Source: Octopus sinensis
Taxonomy: Eukaryota
Length of the DNA stretch: 64,000 nucleotides
Assembly (NCBI RefSeq): GCF_006345805.1
Contig: NC_043015.1
Location: forward strand, 51,770,001-51,834,000
Direction of reading: 5' to 3'
Within the stretch, counting starts at the first letter, position 1. The number at the start of each line of letters is the position of its first letter. Below the pieces are notes generated by a model. It did not search any database, had not been told where the DNA came from, and saw nothing but the letters and a program-made list of their open reading frames with translations. Positions 41,548 through 54,494 of the stretch are shown piece by piece. The position numbers and the translations under genes were made by a program.

Positions 41548-43760
41548 AAAATAATATGTTACATTACACGATAGTCAAGATAAGACTCTGAGTTTCAGAT
41601 GCCGAAGTGGGAATCCACGACGCCATCTCTTCGGTTATCTGGCTATTTGAAAACGCTATGAAAAAATACCGTTATACAAAGGGAAATTACTGTGTTATAA
41701 CTCTGCTTGCCTGCGTACTTATACATCGCTATGTAAACGTACACATCTTCACTCGCATTTTTCGCCATAAAAAAATATATAAAAATACATAAAAGATATA
41801 TAAAAAATATATAAAAAATATACATAAAAATATATATAAAAAATATATGATAGAAGGTATGATGAGGTAAAAAACCCTTCTTGGGACATAACATAGGAAG
41901 CATGTTCTATCTGTTTTCCTTAGGGGACCAAAAACGTAACAGAAATTTAGTCACATATGGACATGATCCGAAAAGTTCTGTCCTTGAGTTTAGACATGTA
42001 GTAGGGTCTAAGCTGCTTTTCCAGATAAGCCATCTCCCCATGTCGCATAGACCGCACCTTCCGCTGCCGTTGGTATAGGGCTTACATTTGGCCAAAATAT
42101 TCCAATGTATGTTATAATCGACACCTTTATCTTTTAAAGACCAAATGTGACTAGATAATTGTGTCGCTTTTCTTTTGTTCCAGTGTCTAAAGCTCAAAGT
42201 GTGGTTATTGAACCTGGCCTTGAAATTACCCTCTGTTAGGCCCACGTATTTCTTCTTCGCGCTGGCGTGTCTTTAGTGGTTATAGAGTCTACGGTAGCTT
42301 CATATATGATGGTCTTGGACATGCAAGCTCCATTAGCGGGCACATTCTTTATTCCTGCATGAACAGCTGTTTTCTTGATGTATTTTTATGTTTGATTATG
42401 TTTTTAAAATTGGTAGTGGAACTAAAACTAATTTTTAAATTGTGTCTATTGAAGAGTTTCCTATAAGTATGGTTAACTGGAAAATGTCTATCTATTAGTG
42501 CTAGAAATATTTACCTATATTGAAGGCCACCTCGGTGAGTAAGGGGGTGTAAACCAGATGACCTTCATATTTCTATATTCCTTTTCCTTACTGTTGGGCT
42601 AGTAACAGGTGTATATTTTATTTTTTCGCTAAAACCACTATCTTTTAAAGCATTATTATAAACTGGGGCAACGCTATTAAAGATGTCCTTATCAGAGGAG
42701 AGGCTAGAGATCCTCTTACTAATATTTTTAACTAAATTTTGAATGCTATAGGGGGATGGCATAAACCTACATTAATATAACTTAGTCTATCATTGGGCTT
42801 CCTATAAGGCTTATAAATATTCTTATTAAGATCTAAGGAAACGTCTAGAATTGACAACCGTCACGTTAGTATCTATAGTTATACTAAGTCGAAGTATTTC
42901 ATTAACTGGATAATATCCTTCCTAAAACGATCTTGTGCTGGTCCATTTGTATTAGCTGTTAAGCGAGGCATCATCTTTGTAGATGGCGAAATGTACGTCA
43001 GGGAATGTCTTACCTAAGGTATCTAGGAGAACAAATCCAATAAGATCGCAAATGCCTGCTCCATCATATGACCGCATGCTCCCATCGAAAGCGCCCTCTG
43101 TGTCGGTGTTTTTGACCCACTTTGCGTTCTCACTGAAAAGGAAGGTCTTTCTAGCATGGAAGATTATGTCCTTATCATGTGTACTAATTTCTATGAAGTC
43201 GCTAGCGAAGACGAGGGCTTTATCTAGCAGTTCTTTAGAGATAGAGGCATAAAAATCACAATATCGAATTGTGTAAACCTCGCTTTTTTCTTATTCTTAA
43301 TGGCTTTAAACCAGTCTACGACTTCCATACTATTGGACCATTGTACTCCTAGCCTGTCGGTCTTAATTTTCGCATTTATTTTATCTAAAATTTCTTTAAT
43401 AATCCCCAGTTCTGACTTGGCTGGGTTGATAAGCCTACAGTTAGGGTTGGAAATGAAGTTCTCTTTGTGATCTTTAATAGTAATAAAGGCCTCTTTTTGG
43501 GGGAGGGCTTCTATTTTTTTTATCTAATTTAAGTTTCGCGGCGATGACGCTAGCTTCTTTATTAATTTCGTTATATGTCTGTGCCCTAGCCTTAGTGTAA
43601 TTATTATGATGCTGTTGTGTAAGAATTGTGTGTATTTGGTGTTATCTACCAGGTATAACTTTTTAGTTTTGTCCGAAAAAAGTGCTTTTTTCTGGAGCTT
43701 TTTATATGTTTAATATAATACTGAGGTCTCTTTCTTTCTTTTGATATCTTACCGTTTTAC
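41548..43760 (-). mobile_element. Penelope-like retroelement (RT plus GIY-YIG), 5'-truncated and frameshifted, flanked by (TA)n
   Basis: Minus-strand peptides DFYASIS..HARKTFLF..SYDGAGICDLIG..IYKDDA (RT), ISKRISSLSS..YNNALKDSG, and YVGLTEGNFKARFNNH..LSSHIWSLK..RCGLC..LNSRTE (GIY-YIG). Confidence 0.92.
41571..41646 (-). ncRNA. Type I hammerhead ribozyme in the Penelope 3' region
   Basis: ATAGCCAGATAA-CCGAAGA-GATG..CATC-T-GAAA-CTCAGAG-TC|TTATCTTGACTAT; stems I and II pair, stem III near-palindromic, GUC site. Confidence 0.75.
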
Positions 43761-43762
43761 CA

Positions 43763-43797
<35 letters not shown>

Positions 43798-43839
43798 ATA
43801 CATATAAACATACATACATATATAAACATACATATACAA

Positions 43840-45004
43840 TTGGGTTGGCAAGAAAATAATTTCGGCTTTTTAGTGTGAAATGAAAGACAATTTTTTCACA
43901 CAAAGAATGAACTTTAAGCAATTATTTATTTTCCAGTTTGTTCCATGACTTTTTGCCATCTTCATGATTCTTCGCTCATAGGACTTCTCGTCCCAATCAG
44001 CCAAAACCTGAAGCAAGTGCGATTTCAGGTCATCATCATTATTGGAATCTGATGGTACAAGGTTAGGGCTATATGGTGGATGTGACATCGCTTCCTAACC
44101 AAGCTCCAATAATATTTCATGTGTTAGCAAAGACGTGCGCGTAGGCTACCGTTGTATGGTGGAACACGATTCTTTTACAATTTACTAGTTCTGACCTTTT
44201 TTCTTTGATAGCTGCCTTCAGTCTCATTAGTTGTTGACAGTAAACATCCGAATTGATAGTTTGGTTTCTTGGAAGCAGCTCAAAATATACAACACCTTTG
44301 TAATCCCAACAAATTGAGAGCATGACCATTTTTTGATGCAATTCAGCTTTCGATGGGGCTTGTGCTGGTTCATTACACTTGGGCCGTTTTCAGTTGATAT
44401 TATTTTAGACAATCTATTTTTCATCACCGATGATGATTCGTTTCAAGAAAGGTCGATATCACTGCGTTTGAGATGCATATCGCAAATATTAATTCGTTGT
44501 GTTAAGCTTCTTAAAGAGTCCAAGACATTTTATATGATTTTCAATTGTTGTGTGTGATACATTTAAACTTTCTGCAATCTCTCGCACAGTCATATGGCAA
44601 TCGGATTCAATTATGGTTTTGATTCGGACATTATCAACTTCAGTACGTCGACCACAACGTTAAACTCATCTTTGAGTGAAGAATCTCCAAAACTGAATTT
44701 TTAAAATCCATTTCTGACACGTGCATTCTGTTAAGCAATCAACGGCATAAACTTCACATACCTCTTTGTGAGCCTCGGCAGCTTCCTCGCTTTTACAGAA
44801 ATGAAAAAGCAAAATATATGCATTCCGTATTAAAATTGACGCTGAACTAACAACTGTAAACAAAATTATGCGCAATTTGTTTTTAAAGTAAGCTAACACG
44901 GCTATCAAATTTCAAAAGGATAAAATCATAACACTGAAAACGTCATTAAAAAGTCGTAACTCTGTCTATTTGTGAAAAATAAAATTACTTTATTGCCAAC
45001 CCAA
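43840..45004 (-). mobile_element. Decayed mariner transposon with both TIRs
   Basis: TIRs TTGGGTTGGCAA..AAT and ATTACTTTATTGCCAACCCAA(TA); peptides ILLFHF..EVY..TCQKW, KMVMLSICWDYKGVVYFELL..TINS..YCQQL, HPPYSPNLVPSD. Confidence 0.95.
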
Positions 45005-45138
45005 TACATTTAGGTATACATGTATGTATGTATGTATGTATGTATGTATGTATGTATGTATGTATGTATGTATGTATGTTTGTATGTATGTATGCACGTA
45101 CGTATGTATGTATGTATTTATGTATATACACACACACA

Positions 45139-45180
<42 letters not shown>

Positions 45181-45184
<4 letters not shown>

Positions 45185-45327
45185 AGAGTTTACGAAAAAA
45201 CAAAAGACAAAACAAACAGATGTATTAGTGTAACGCTCAGGAATTGAAAAAGTATTTTACGTTTCGAGCCTACGCTCTTCTACAGAAAGGGACACAGAAA
45301 AAACAAGGAGAGAAAAAAGGAGAGAAT
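45181..45327 (-). mobile_element. Group P3 repeat with hammerhead-like motif at 45255-45288
   Basis: Minus strand TTT-CTGTAGA-A-GAGCGTAGGCTC-GAAACGTA-AAA; abuts (TA)n. Confidence 0.75.
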
Positions 45328-45330
45328 ATA

Positions 45331-45721
45331 TATTCTCTTTTACTCTTTTGCTTGTTTCAGTCATTTGACTGCGGCCATGCTGGAGCACCGCCTTTAGTCG
45401 AGCAAATCGACCCCGGGACTTATTCTTTGTAAGCCCAGTACTTATTCTATCGGTGTCTTTTGCCGAACCGCTACGTGACGGGTTCAATGCTAGGGGGACA
45501 AACACAGACACATAAACACATACAAACACACATATATATATATATACATACATATATACGACAGGCTTCTTTCAGTTTCCGTCTACCAAATCAACTCACA
45601 AGGCATTGGTCGGCCCGGGGCTCTAGCAGAAGACACTTGCCCAAGATGCCACGCAGTGGGACTGAACCCGGAACCATGTGGTTGGTTAGCAAGCTACTTA
45701 CCACACAGCCACTCCTGCGCA
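45331..45721 (-). mobile_element. SINE group A, near full length
   Basis: Reverse complement of the 50521-50933 type with a small internal deletion. Confidence 0.92.
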
Positions 45722-45772
45722 TGTATGTATGTATATGTTTGTTCATGTGAAGTTGAACAGATGATCTGGACG

Positions 45773-45803
<31 letters not shown>

Positions 45804-45809
45804 TGTATG

Positions 45810-45843
<34 letters not shown>

Positions 45844-46351
45844 TGTATGTATACCATTGGACTTAAGCGGCAAAATGTTGTAGAGCACTTTTGCAATTCT
45901 CTCGGCCGCCATCGCATATAGATGTGTCTATCTTTTAACGTGAGACGACTACTACCTCAGAGGATGAGGCAATCATCATATATATTATCATGTGTGTATA
46001 TCTGTATATAAGTATGCGTATACACATGTATGTGTGTATGTATGTATCTATGTAAGTGAGTGTGTATTGATGTAAGCAGATATGTATGTATATGCATAAG
46101 AGAGGGACAGAATAAGAAGGAGGTTTGAACAAAAGAATTACTACACCCGAGTCATTCGACAAGAAGTTTATCAAGGTAGTGCTCCAGCATGGCTGCACTC
46201 GAATGACATGTCTGCTTTACGTGTGTGTCTATATATACATGTGGAGTCCAAATTTTGGAGCTTCCTTCTGATTACTCAATATATTTAATCTATAAATCTT
46301 CACACCATGGTTTTGCCTAAATCAATTTATGTCACTCGCCTACCGTAACTA

Positions 46352-47352
46352 ATTATTTTTATTCTTTTCTACTCTAGGCACAAGGCCTGAAATGTCTGAC
46401 GAAGGAGCCCAGTCGATTAGATGGACTCCCGTACGCAACTGGTACTTAATTTATCGACCCCGAAGGATGAAGGGAAAAATGTCGACCTCGGCGGAATTTG
46501 AACTCAGAACGGAAAGACAGAGGAAATACTACTAAGCATTTCGCCGAACGGGCTAAAGTTTCTGCCAGTGCGCCGCCATAATATTCTTTTCTACACTAGG
46601 CACAAGGCCCCAGTACGCAACTGGTACTTAATTTAACGACACCGAAAGGATGAATGGTAACGTTGACTTCGGTGGATTTGAACTCAGAGCGTTTAGACAG
46701 ACGAAGTATTGCTAGGCATTTCGCCCGACGTGCTAACGTTTCTTATATCTTTATTGCCCACAAGGGGACAAAGAAGGACAGACGAAGGTATTAAGTCGAT
46801 TACATCGACTCCAGTACGTAACTGGTACTTAATTTATCCACACCGAAAGGATAAAAGGCAAAGTCGTCCTCGGCGGAATTTGAACTCAGAACGTAACGGC
46901 AGACGAAATACCTATTTCTTTACTACCCACAAGGGGCTACACACAGAGGGGACGAACAAGGACAGTCAAGCGGATTAAGTCGATTTTATCGACCCCAGTG
47001 CGTAACTGGTACTTATTTAATCGACCTGAAATGATGAAAGGCAAAGTCGACCTCGGCGGAATTTGAACTCACAACCTAACGGCAGACGAAATACCGCTAG
47101 GCATTTCGCCCGGCGTTCTAACGTTTCTGCCAGCTCGCCGCCATAATATTCCTTTCTACTCTAGGCACAAGACCTGAAATTTTGGGGGATGGGGCCAGCA
47201 AATGGTACGCAACTGGTACGTAATTTATCGCCCCGGAAAGGATGAAAGGCAAAGTCGACCTCGGCGGAATTTGAACTCAGAACGTAACGGCAGAGGAAAT
47301 ACCGTTAAGCATTTCGCCCTGCGCGCTAACGTTTCTGCCAGCTCGCCGCCTT
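46352..47352 (-). mobile_element. Array of five SINE N units
   Basis: Head-to-tail GAATATTAT|GGCGGCG joins plus internal junctions at 46743/46744 and 46912/46913. Confidence 0.92.
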
Positions 47353-47466
47353 AGAACAAATTATTTTTATTACTGTTACTGTTATTTCTGCGGAGAAGGC
47401 CCCAGACATAAAACTGATGAAACCATCGTTTATCAAATATTCCTTCCATTTCACTCTGCCGTGCTT

Positions 47467-47591
47467 TTAAGTGTGTCGGCTTAACATATTAACTTTCTTT
47501 CCGTAAACTTTCGTTAAGTGTGAAAGAAATTATTGTTCGCCAGAAAGTTTACGGAACATAGAAGATTAATATAGTGTGGCGACAGTCTTAA
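47467..47591. mobile_element. Palindromic MITE-like element bounded by TTAA
   Basis: About 46-bp imperfect inverted arms including perfect TTCCGTAAACTTTC / GAAAGTTTACGGAA. Confidence 0.6.
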
Positions 47592-47789
47592 GCTACAAAG
47601 AGAAATGCGAACAATAACTTTAGCTTAGGAATTTAACCAAAGTTACATCTATGGCACTGTCCAAGGAAATATCACCAGTATAGGTAATTTATTGCGGAAA
47701 GAGGTTGAAATAAATTGTTAAATGGAAAACCCTACTTACAGTTTTATTAATTCGTTTCAACGCAAACGCACACATGAAAGTAATACACA

Positions 47790-47972
47790 CACTATATATA
47801 TATATATATATATACACACACATGTATATATAAATATATATATATATATATATTTACGGATATTTACATGTGCATATATCTGTATATTATATGTATGTCA
47901 TATATATATATATACATACATATATATATACATACACACGCATATATATATATATATATGTATGTATATATT

Positions 47973-48026
<54 letters not shown>

Positions 48027-48039
48027 ATATATATTATAT

Positions 48040-48097
<58 letters not shown>
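47790..48097. repeat. (TA)n field
   Basis: Direct reading. Confidence 0.95.
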
Positions 48098-48101
<4 letters not shown>

Positions 48102-48192
48102 AACATCTGTACAAGTTTCTGTCTCTTAAGTACGTGGTGGCTTTGCGCTGAATGTTGATTATACGTATTTTCATATAGCCAGAAAATATTTT

Positions 48193-48262
48193 AGGCGCAG
48201 GCGTGGCTGTGTGGTAAGAAGTTTCTTTCGCAACTGCACGGTTCCAAGTTCAGCTCCACTGT
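48193..48262 (+). mobile_element. SINE group A head only
   Basis: AGGCGCAGGCGTGGCTGTGTGGTAAGAAG..AGTTCAGCTCCACTG. Confidence 0.75.
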
Positions 48263-48619
48263 ACGTACGTGCGTTTGTGTTTGCATATATGAGCGTTTAC
48301 AATATGTGTGTGGGAATATCCTGCGTTCTCTTGTAGAGAAAATGACGTCATCAGGTTTTGACGTTTCAAAACTGGTAACAAGGAAATAGAAAAACCAAAA
48401 CATTTCTAATCCAAATTGAGCGAAAGGAGCAGATATAATCCAGGTTTCATATGTTTACGAGCGAGCAGATTTTCGGAAGTAATAATTATTCACTGAGCGG
48501 CGCTCCACTGGCTAATCATCAGGCCGGAGATTCTCTTGTTATATGACGGTGACAATGTCGTTAAGAAATCTCGAGTTGACGCGCCGCAGTTATGACTTAA
48601 CGAAAACAGAAGAGTCAAT

Positions 48620-48858
48620 TTACTCTTTTTTTAAAACTCTTTTTACTTGTTTCAGTTATTTGATTGCGGCCATGCTGGAGCACCGTCTTCAGTTGACCAA
48701 ATCGACCCCCAGGACTTATTCTTTGTAAACCTAGTTGTTACTCTATCGGTCTCTTTTGCCGAACTGCTAAGTTACGGGGACGTAAACACACCAGTATCGG
48801 TTGTCAAGCGATGTTGGCGGGGGGTCAAATACAGGCACACAAACATATGCACTCACGT

Positions 48859-48915
<57 letters not shown>

Positions 48916-49083
48916 CATATACATACGACGGGCTTTTTTCAGTTTCCGTCTACCAAATCCACTCACAAGGCTTTGGTCGGCTCGAGGATATAGTAGAAGA
49001 CGCTTGCCCAAGGTGCCACGCAGTGGGACTGAACCCCGGGACCATGTGGTTGGTAAGCAAGCTACTTACCACACTCCTACGCT
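48620..49083 (-). mobile_element. SINE group A, full length
   Basis: Colinear with the other A copies; internal (CA)(TA) tract. Confidence 0.92.
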
Positions 49084-49096
49084 TAAAAATGAGCAA

Positions 49097-49144
49097 TGAG
49101 CGTATGTCATATTTCAGGGGTTGTTACCCCTTCATCAGCACCCA
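49097..49144 (-). ncRNA. Minimal type I hammerhead ribozyme with intact core
   Basis: TGGGTG-CTGATGA-AGGGGT-AACA-ACCCCT-GAAA-TATGACA-TA|CGCTCA; 6-bp stems I and II. Confidence 0.7.
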
Positions 49145-49629
49145 ACTAACTTAGTTTAAAAGTTCTGTGTAAATGAGATCGAATTCCTCGCTTTCTTCAT
49201 TCCTTTGGTGCGTTACGTTAGTCATTCACAAGTATATTTATCCTCATGACTTTGAGGCCTGTAAGTTCGGCAGAGTCATCATTTCTTCTAAGAAGGTGCC
49301 CTCTCAGTTGTTCCACAAATTATAGCCATTTGATGTAAAATTTTCGGCTAATTCCGTCAAACTACAGTTATTGTGCTTAACGTTATACGTATGCCCACTG
49401 AAACCAACAGAAATCCAAGTTCTGTTTGGTGCTTTCCGCTGCCTGCACCGAAAGGAAATCCTTACACATCCCAATGGTAGTTTTATTGTTGTTAGAGGGG
49501 GTGGTTAATAGTTCTCGTATGTTTTTATTGCATCTAAATGTTACAATAGAGAGACGAGTGTATACTGTCAAAATATTAGTTCAATGCAATAAACAGGGCC
49601 AATCGCTATTACAAATCTGATAGCTCTCT

Positions 49630-49927
49630 TTGTTCTTCCTCCTCCTCTTCTTCTTCTTCTTCTTAATAATATAATAATGATGATGATGATGATGATGATG
49701 ACGATGATGACGATCATGATGATGATGAATGAGGAGGATGATGATGATGATGATGATGATAATAATAATAATATAATAATATAATAATAATAATAATAAT
49801 AATAATGATGATGATGATGATGATGCCGATGATGATGATGATGAGATGATGATGATGATGATAATAATAATATAATAATATAATATATAATAATAATAAT
49901 GATGATGATGATGATGATGATGATGCC

Positions 49928-49977
<50 letters not shown>

Positions 49978-50058
49978 GGATAATAATAATAATAATAATA
50001 ATAATAATATAATAATATAATTAATAATAATAATATTTATAATAATAATAACAACAAC
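49630..50058. repeat. (GAT)n/(TAA)n field
   Basis: Direct reading. Confidence 0.95.
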
Positions 50059-50059
50059 A

Positions 50060-50245
50060 CTTTTCTACTCTAAACACAAGGCCCAAAATTTTTGTGGAGG
50101 GTGCTAGTCGATTATATCGACCCCAGTACGCGGGTGGTACTTACTTTATCGACCCCGAAATGATGAAAAGCAAGTCGACCTCGGTGTAATTTGAACTCAG
50201 AGTGTAAAAACAGACGAAATATCACCCAGCGTTCTAAAATTCTGC
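50060..50245 (-). mobile_element. SINE N (tail A)
   Basis: CTTTTCTACTC..CACAAGGCCC..TCGACCCCAGTACGC..TTGAACTCAG. Confidence 0.85.
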
Positions 50246-50520
50246 ATGAATGTTAGTATATACGTGTCTTTGTATTTGTGTGCATGTTGCAAGCACTTCA
50301 GAACCGGTGTAAGTTTGTTTGCATCGTCATAATATAATGGTTCAGAAAAAATAGCACCTATATAGCAAGTACCAGAATTAATATACCATAGTCATTTGTT
50401 GGACGTATAGCACTTCAAGATGGAGCTCCAGCATAGCCGCAATGAAATGACTGAATGAAGTAAAAGTGTGAATACGTTCATTGATCCGACTCCAAAGGAT
50501 TTTCCTAAAAATATCATCAT

Positions 50521-50933
50521 AGGCGCAGGAGTAGCTGTGTGGTAAGTAGCTTGCTAACCAACCACAAGGTTCCAGGTTCAGTCCCACTGCGTGGCACCTT
50601 GGGCAAGTGTCTTCTACTATAGCCTCGGGTCGACCAATGCCTTGTGAGCGGATTTGGTAGACAGAAACTGAAAGAAGCCCGTCGTATATATGTATATGTA
50701 TATATATATGCGTGTGTGTGTGTTTGTGTGTCTGTGTTTGTGCCCCTAGCATTGCTTGACAACCGATGCTGGTGTGTTTATGTCCCCGTTACTTAGCGGT
50801 TCGGCAAAAGAGACCGATAGAATAAGTACTGGGCTTACAAAAGAATAAGTCCCGGGGTCGAGTTGCTCGACTAAAGGCGGTGCTCCAGCATGGCCGCAGT
50901 CAAATTACTGAAACAAGTAAAAGAGAAAGAGAG
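50521..50933 (+). mobile_element. SINE group A, intact reference copy, flanked by a 158-bp direct repeat
   Basis: tRNA-like head (TAGCTGTGTGG, GGTTCAGTCCC), internal (TA)(TG), tail GGCGGTGCTCCAGCATGGCCGCAGTC; repeats at 50360-50517 and 50934-51091. Confidence 0.95.
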
Positions 50934-51566
50934 ATATAGCAAGTACCAGAATTAATATACCAGAGTCATTTGTTGGACATATAGCAGTTCAAGGCGGAGC
51001 TCCAGCATAGCCGCAATGAAATGACTGAATGAAGTAAAAGTGTGAATACGTTCATTGATCCGACTCCAAAGGATTTACCTAAAAATATCATGATACATGT
51101 TGCTTGTTGCAGATACATTTGTTGTAAGGAGGCCGTGATTTCTCCGCCCTTCTGCTTAAATTTTCAGTTTCTCGCCGTTGTCTATTAACTTCCCATACAT
51201 ACTTTATAAATCTGCTTCATTCATATTTATTTCTAGTTTCTGAAGTATTAGACACATTATATTGTATATTCAAAAGCAGACAGCAATGGTTGACTATTCT
51301 AGCGTTTCCTGTTCGACAGCTTCACTGTTCTACCGAAAATAATCGCTTCGCGTTTTTAGATAGTAGTTACCAAACCTTAACACTGCTATAAAACAGAGTT
51401 AAAAGCAAACTTATACCCCTAGAGTGCATCATCACTGATCCTTATCGGAGACGTAAATAGCATAAAAATTCTTGCAACCATCTCTAATTTATCATCAACA
51501 TTTAGGTATTTCTCAATTATTGTTAAATCTCCAGAGGCGGATAAAATCAAGATAAATGCAAAAAGC

Positions 51567-51567
<1 letters not shown>

Positions 51568-51639
<72 letters not shown>

Positions 51640-51788
51640 CGTTATTGTTAATGTTATTATTACCTTTGTTGTTGTTGCTGATATTGCTACTACTACTATT
51701 TCTATTATCATCATCATCATATCTTTATTTTTATAACTGATCATTATTATTTAGTGGTAGTAACAAGAGTAGTTGTAGTCCTAATGCT

Positions 51789-51823
<35 letters not shown>

Positions 51824-51904
51824 GCTTGTTGTTTTTGTTGTAGTATCATCAGCAGTATCAACAGCAGCAGTAGTAGTAGCAGCAACAGTAGTAGTAGCAG
51901 CAAC

Positions 51905-51945
<41 letters not shown>

Positions 51946-51960
51946 CAGCAGCAGCAGCAT
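51568..51960. repeat. (TTA)n/(CTA)n/(TAG)n/(CAG)n tracts
   Basis: Direct reading. Confidence 0.9.
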
Positions 51961-52244
51961 GTTCATAGTTATCGAATGTATTTTCCCCCCCACCTCTCAA
52001 CTATATTAATATTAATGACACGGAAGTAACGATTGTTATGACAAAGATGAAACTACTAAAAGATGTCTAAATAATATAGACTGACTGTGTTTTTTTTTTA
52101 AAAACCCATAAAAATACCAAAAAATATATATAAATAAAAAATGCAAACTCGGCATCAGTTGTTTTTCTTGCCGTCTGCTCATTAAGGAAACTTGTGAGAA
52201 AACACCGAACATGTACACGCGCATACACACACAGAGGCAGGTTT

Positions 52245-52611
52245 AAGTGTGTGTATGTGTGTATGTGTTTGTGTATATACATACTTTTAGTCGTATATAT
52301 ATATATGCATATTTACATATACATATTTATACATATTTATATGTTTATATATATGCATATATATGCATGTTTGTATATGTATATATATACTTATATATAT
52401 ACTTATATATATGTAAGGATGTATATATATATATATATAATATTTATACTGATATATATATATACTTATATATACATATATATATATATATGTATGTATA
52501 TAATATATATATATTTATATATAATATATGTATATATATGTATATATATATATATATATATTACCATATACATTGAAAAGTAATATATATTTATATATAT
52601 ATATATATATG

Positions 52612-52652
<41 letters not shown>
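52245..52652. repeat. Degenerate (TA)n field
   Basis: Direct reading. Confidence 0.9.
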
Positions 52653-52653
<1 letters not shown>

Positions 52654-53394
52654 TACTTTTCACTATATATGTGTTAATGGATGCTTGCATGCAAATTTAT
52701 CTCTATCTCCGTCTCCCTTTCTCTCCCTTCCCGTTCCCCTCTCCACCCTATGTCTCTCTTTCTCGTCCCCTCTCTGTATTAATGAATTGCTATCATTATA
52801 GAAATAGACAGACATTATTTATTTCCATAAACTTATCCAAAGCCCATGTGAAGTTGTAATATCGCAAATCGCGCTCATATTTACGCTCCACTGACCATGC
52901 AAATACTTTCTATTGAGTGCTAATAGCCGAGTCTGCGATAGACTGAATACCCAGGAAATTCAGTTCTGTTCTCTGATTTTTATATCGTTCTTTATCGTTC
53001 TTTATATAGGATATAGAATTTCCTAAACTACAGTAGAATTTTTCTCTATTTGTGTCAACTTCACACAGCTCCGTTATGGAAGCGAGAAGAGATTAAAAAA
53101 AAATGAAAAGAAACAGTAAAAACTTTGGGTTACTGTATCGGGTTATCAAGTGTAGAGAATAATGAAGATGATACGATAATAACTGGATATATGCAGTTTG
53201 TGCTATGATGTGGCGGTGTAAAATATCGAAAATAAATAGCTTCGATTTTTTAACGAACACATTGATGTGTATATGCGTATGTATATAAGTATACGACATG
53301 TGAACAGCTGAGTATGCACTTATTCATATTCCATATAAATGTACTTGTAATAAACATATATACCCCCATATATTCGTCTGTGTGTGCATTTTAA

Positions 53395-53396
53395 GT

Positions 53397-53430
<34 letters not shown>

Positions 53431-53463
53431 TATGTATGTATATATGTATATATATGTATACAT

Positions 53464-53498
<35 letters not shown>

Positions 53499-53650
53499 AT
53501 ATAATATTATGTATATATATGTATACATATACATACATACATACATACATACATACACATATATTATATATTATATATATATATACATATACATATATAC
53601 ATACATATATGCATACATATATATATATATATATATATATACACTCACAC
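53395..53650. repeat. (TA)n/(CATA)n field
   Basis: Direct reading. Confidence 0.9.
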
Positions 53651-53669
53651 ATTTCTGCTAATACGCACT

Positions 53670-53870
53670 TATCCTGAAATTTTGAAGGGACGGGTTAGGT
53701 AGTCGACTGTATCGGCCCACTGCTCGTCTGGTACTTAATTGATCGACCTCGAAAAGCTGAAGAATATATAACGTCGATTCGGGTAACATTTGAAATCGGA
53801 ACGTAAAAAACAGACAAAATAACGCTAAGCATTTTCACCGGCGTGTTAACAATTCTATCATCGCGTCCTT
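53670..53870 (-). mobile_element. Degenerate SINE N
   Basis: CTGGTACTTAATTGATCGACCTCGAAA..CGCTAAGCATTT..CCGGCGTGTTAAC. Confidence 0.75.
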
Positions 53871-54494
53871 TCAGTATCAAATTATATATATGAAAACAAT
53901 TTACCAGTAAACTGAAGAATTTCTGAACACTTTTTAGACTTGCAAACTGTTTGCATGTGCAAGAGCCGCCATTTGAAAGATTCGCATACCACATGCCTGT
54001 AAATTTCAGACGTCATAAGGAGAAAATGGGTACGTATTTCGAGGCCTTCCTCTCGACTGTTTCGCAGCATAACATCTCGGCAATCACTAATGTAAGGGTT
54101 CCACTTTACGGGATCCATATATTTATTAAACATTTACGTGAAGTTGACAGTGACTTCGAAGTTTGGGCTGGTTCGTTTTCATCAGACTGTCTTCAAATTC
54201 ATTCTCAACCATCTTATATAATTTTAATATGTATGTATGTATGTATGTATGTATATATGTATGTATGTATGTATGTATGTAGAGATGTGTGTGTGTATAC
54301 AGAGAGAGAGACTGGGAAAGAGACAGACAGACAGACAGACAGACAGAGAGAAAAGTAATAATGCAGATAAACACTATAAACCATGAGACCGACGCAGACA
54401 TACCCCACGCACTCACACACACACAGATGCAAATATATTTATATTGAGCATAACAAGTTCAGAATACTGTGAAGAAAATACAAAATTTAGTAAA

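Noticed and set aside
42983-43252. Plus-strand 89-aa ORF
   Set aside because: Antisense shadow of the Penelope RT
47413-47430. CTGATGA as a hammerhead (also near 19734)
   Set aside because: No convincing stem II, GAAA and stem I arrangement
53951-54210. Non-repetitive ORF start (HVQEPPFERFAY...)
   Set aside because: No recognisable family, runs into microsatellite; possibly an antisense transposon relic but I cannot assign it
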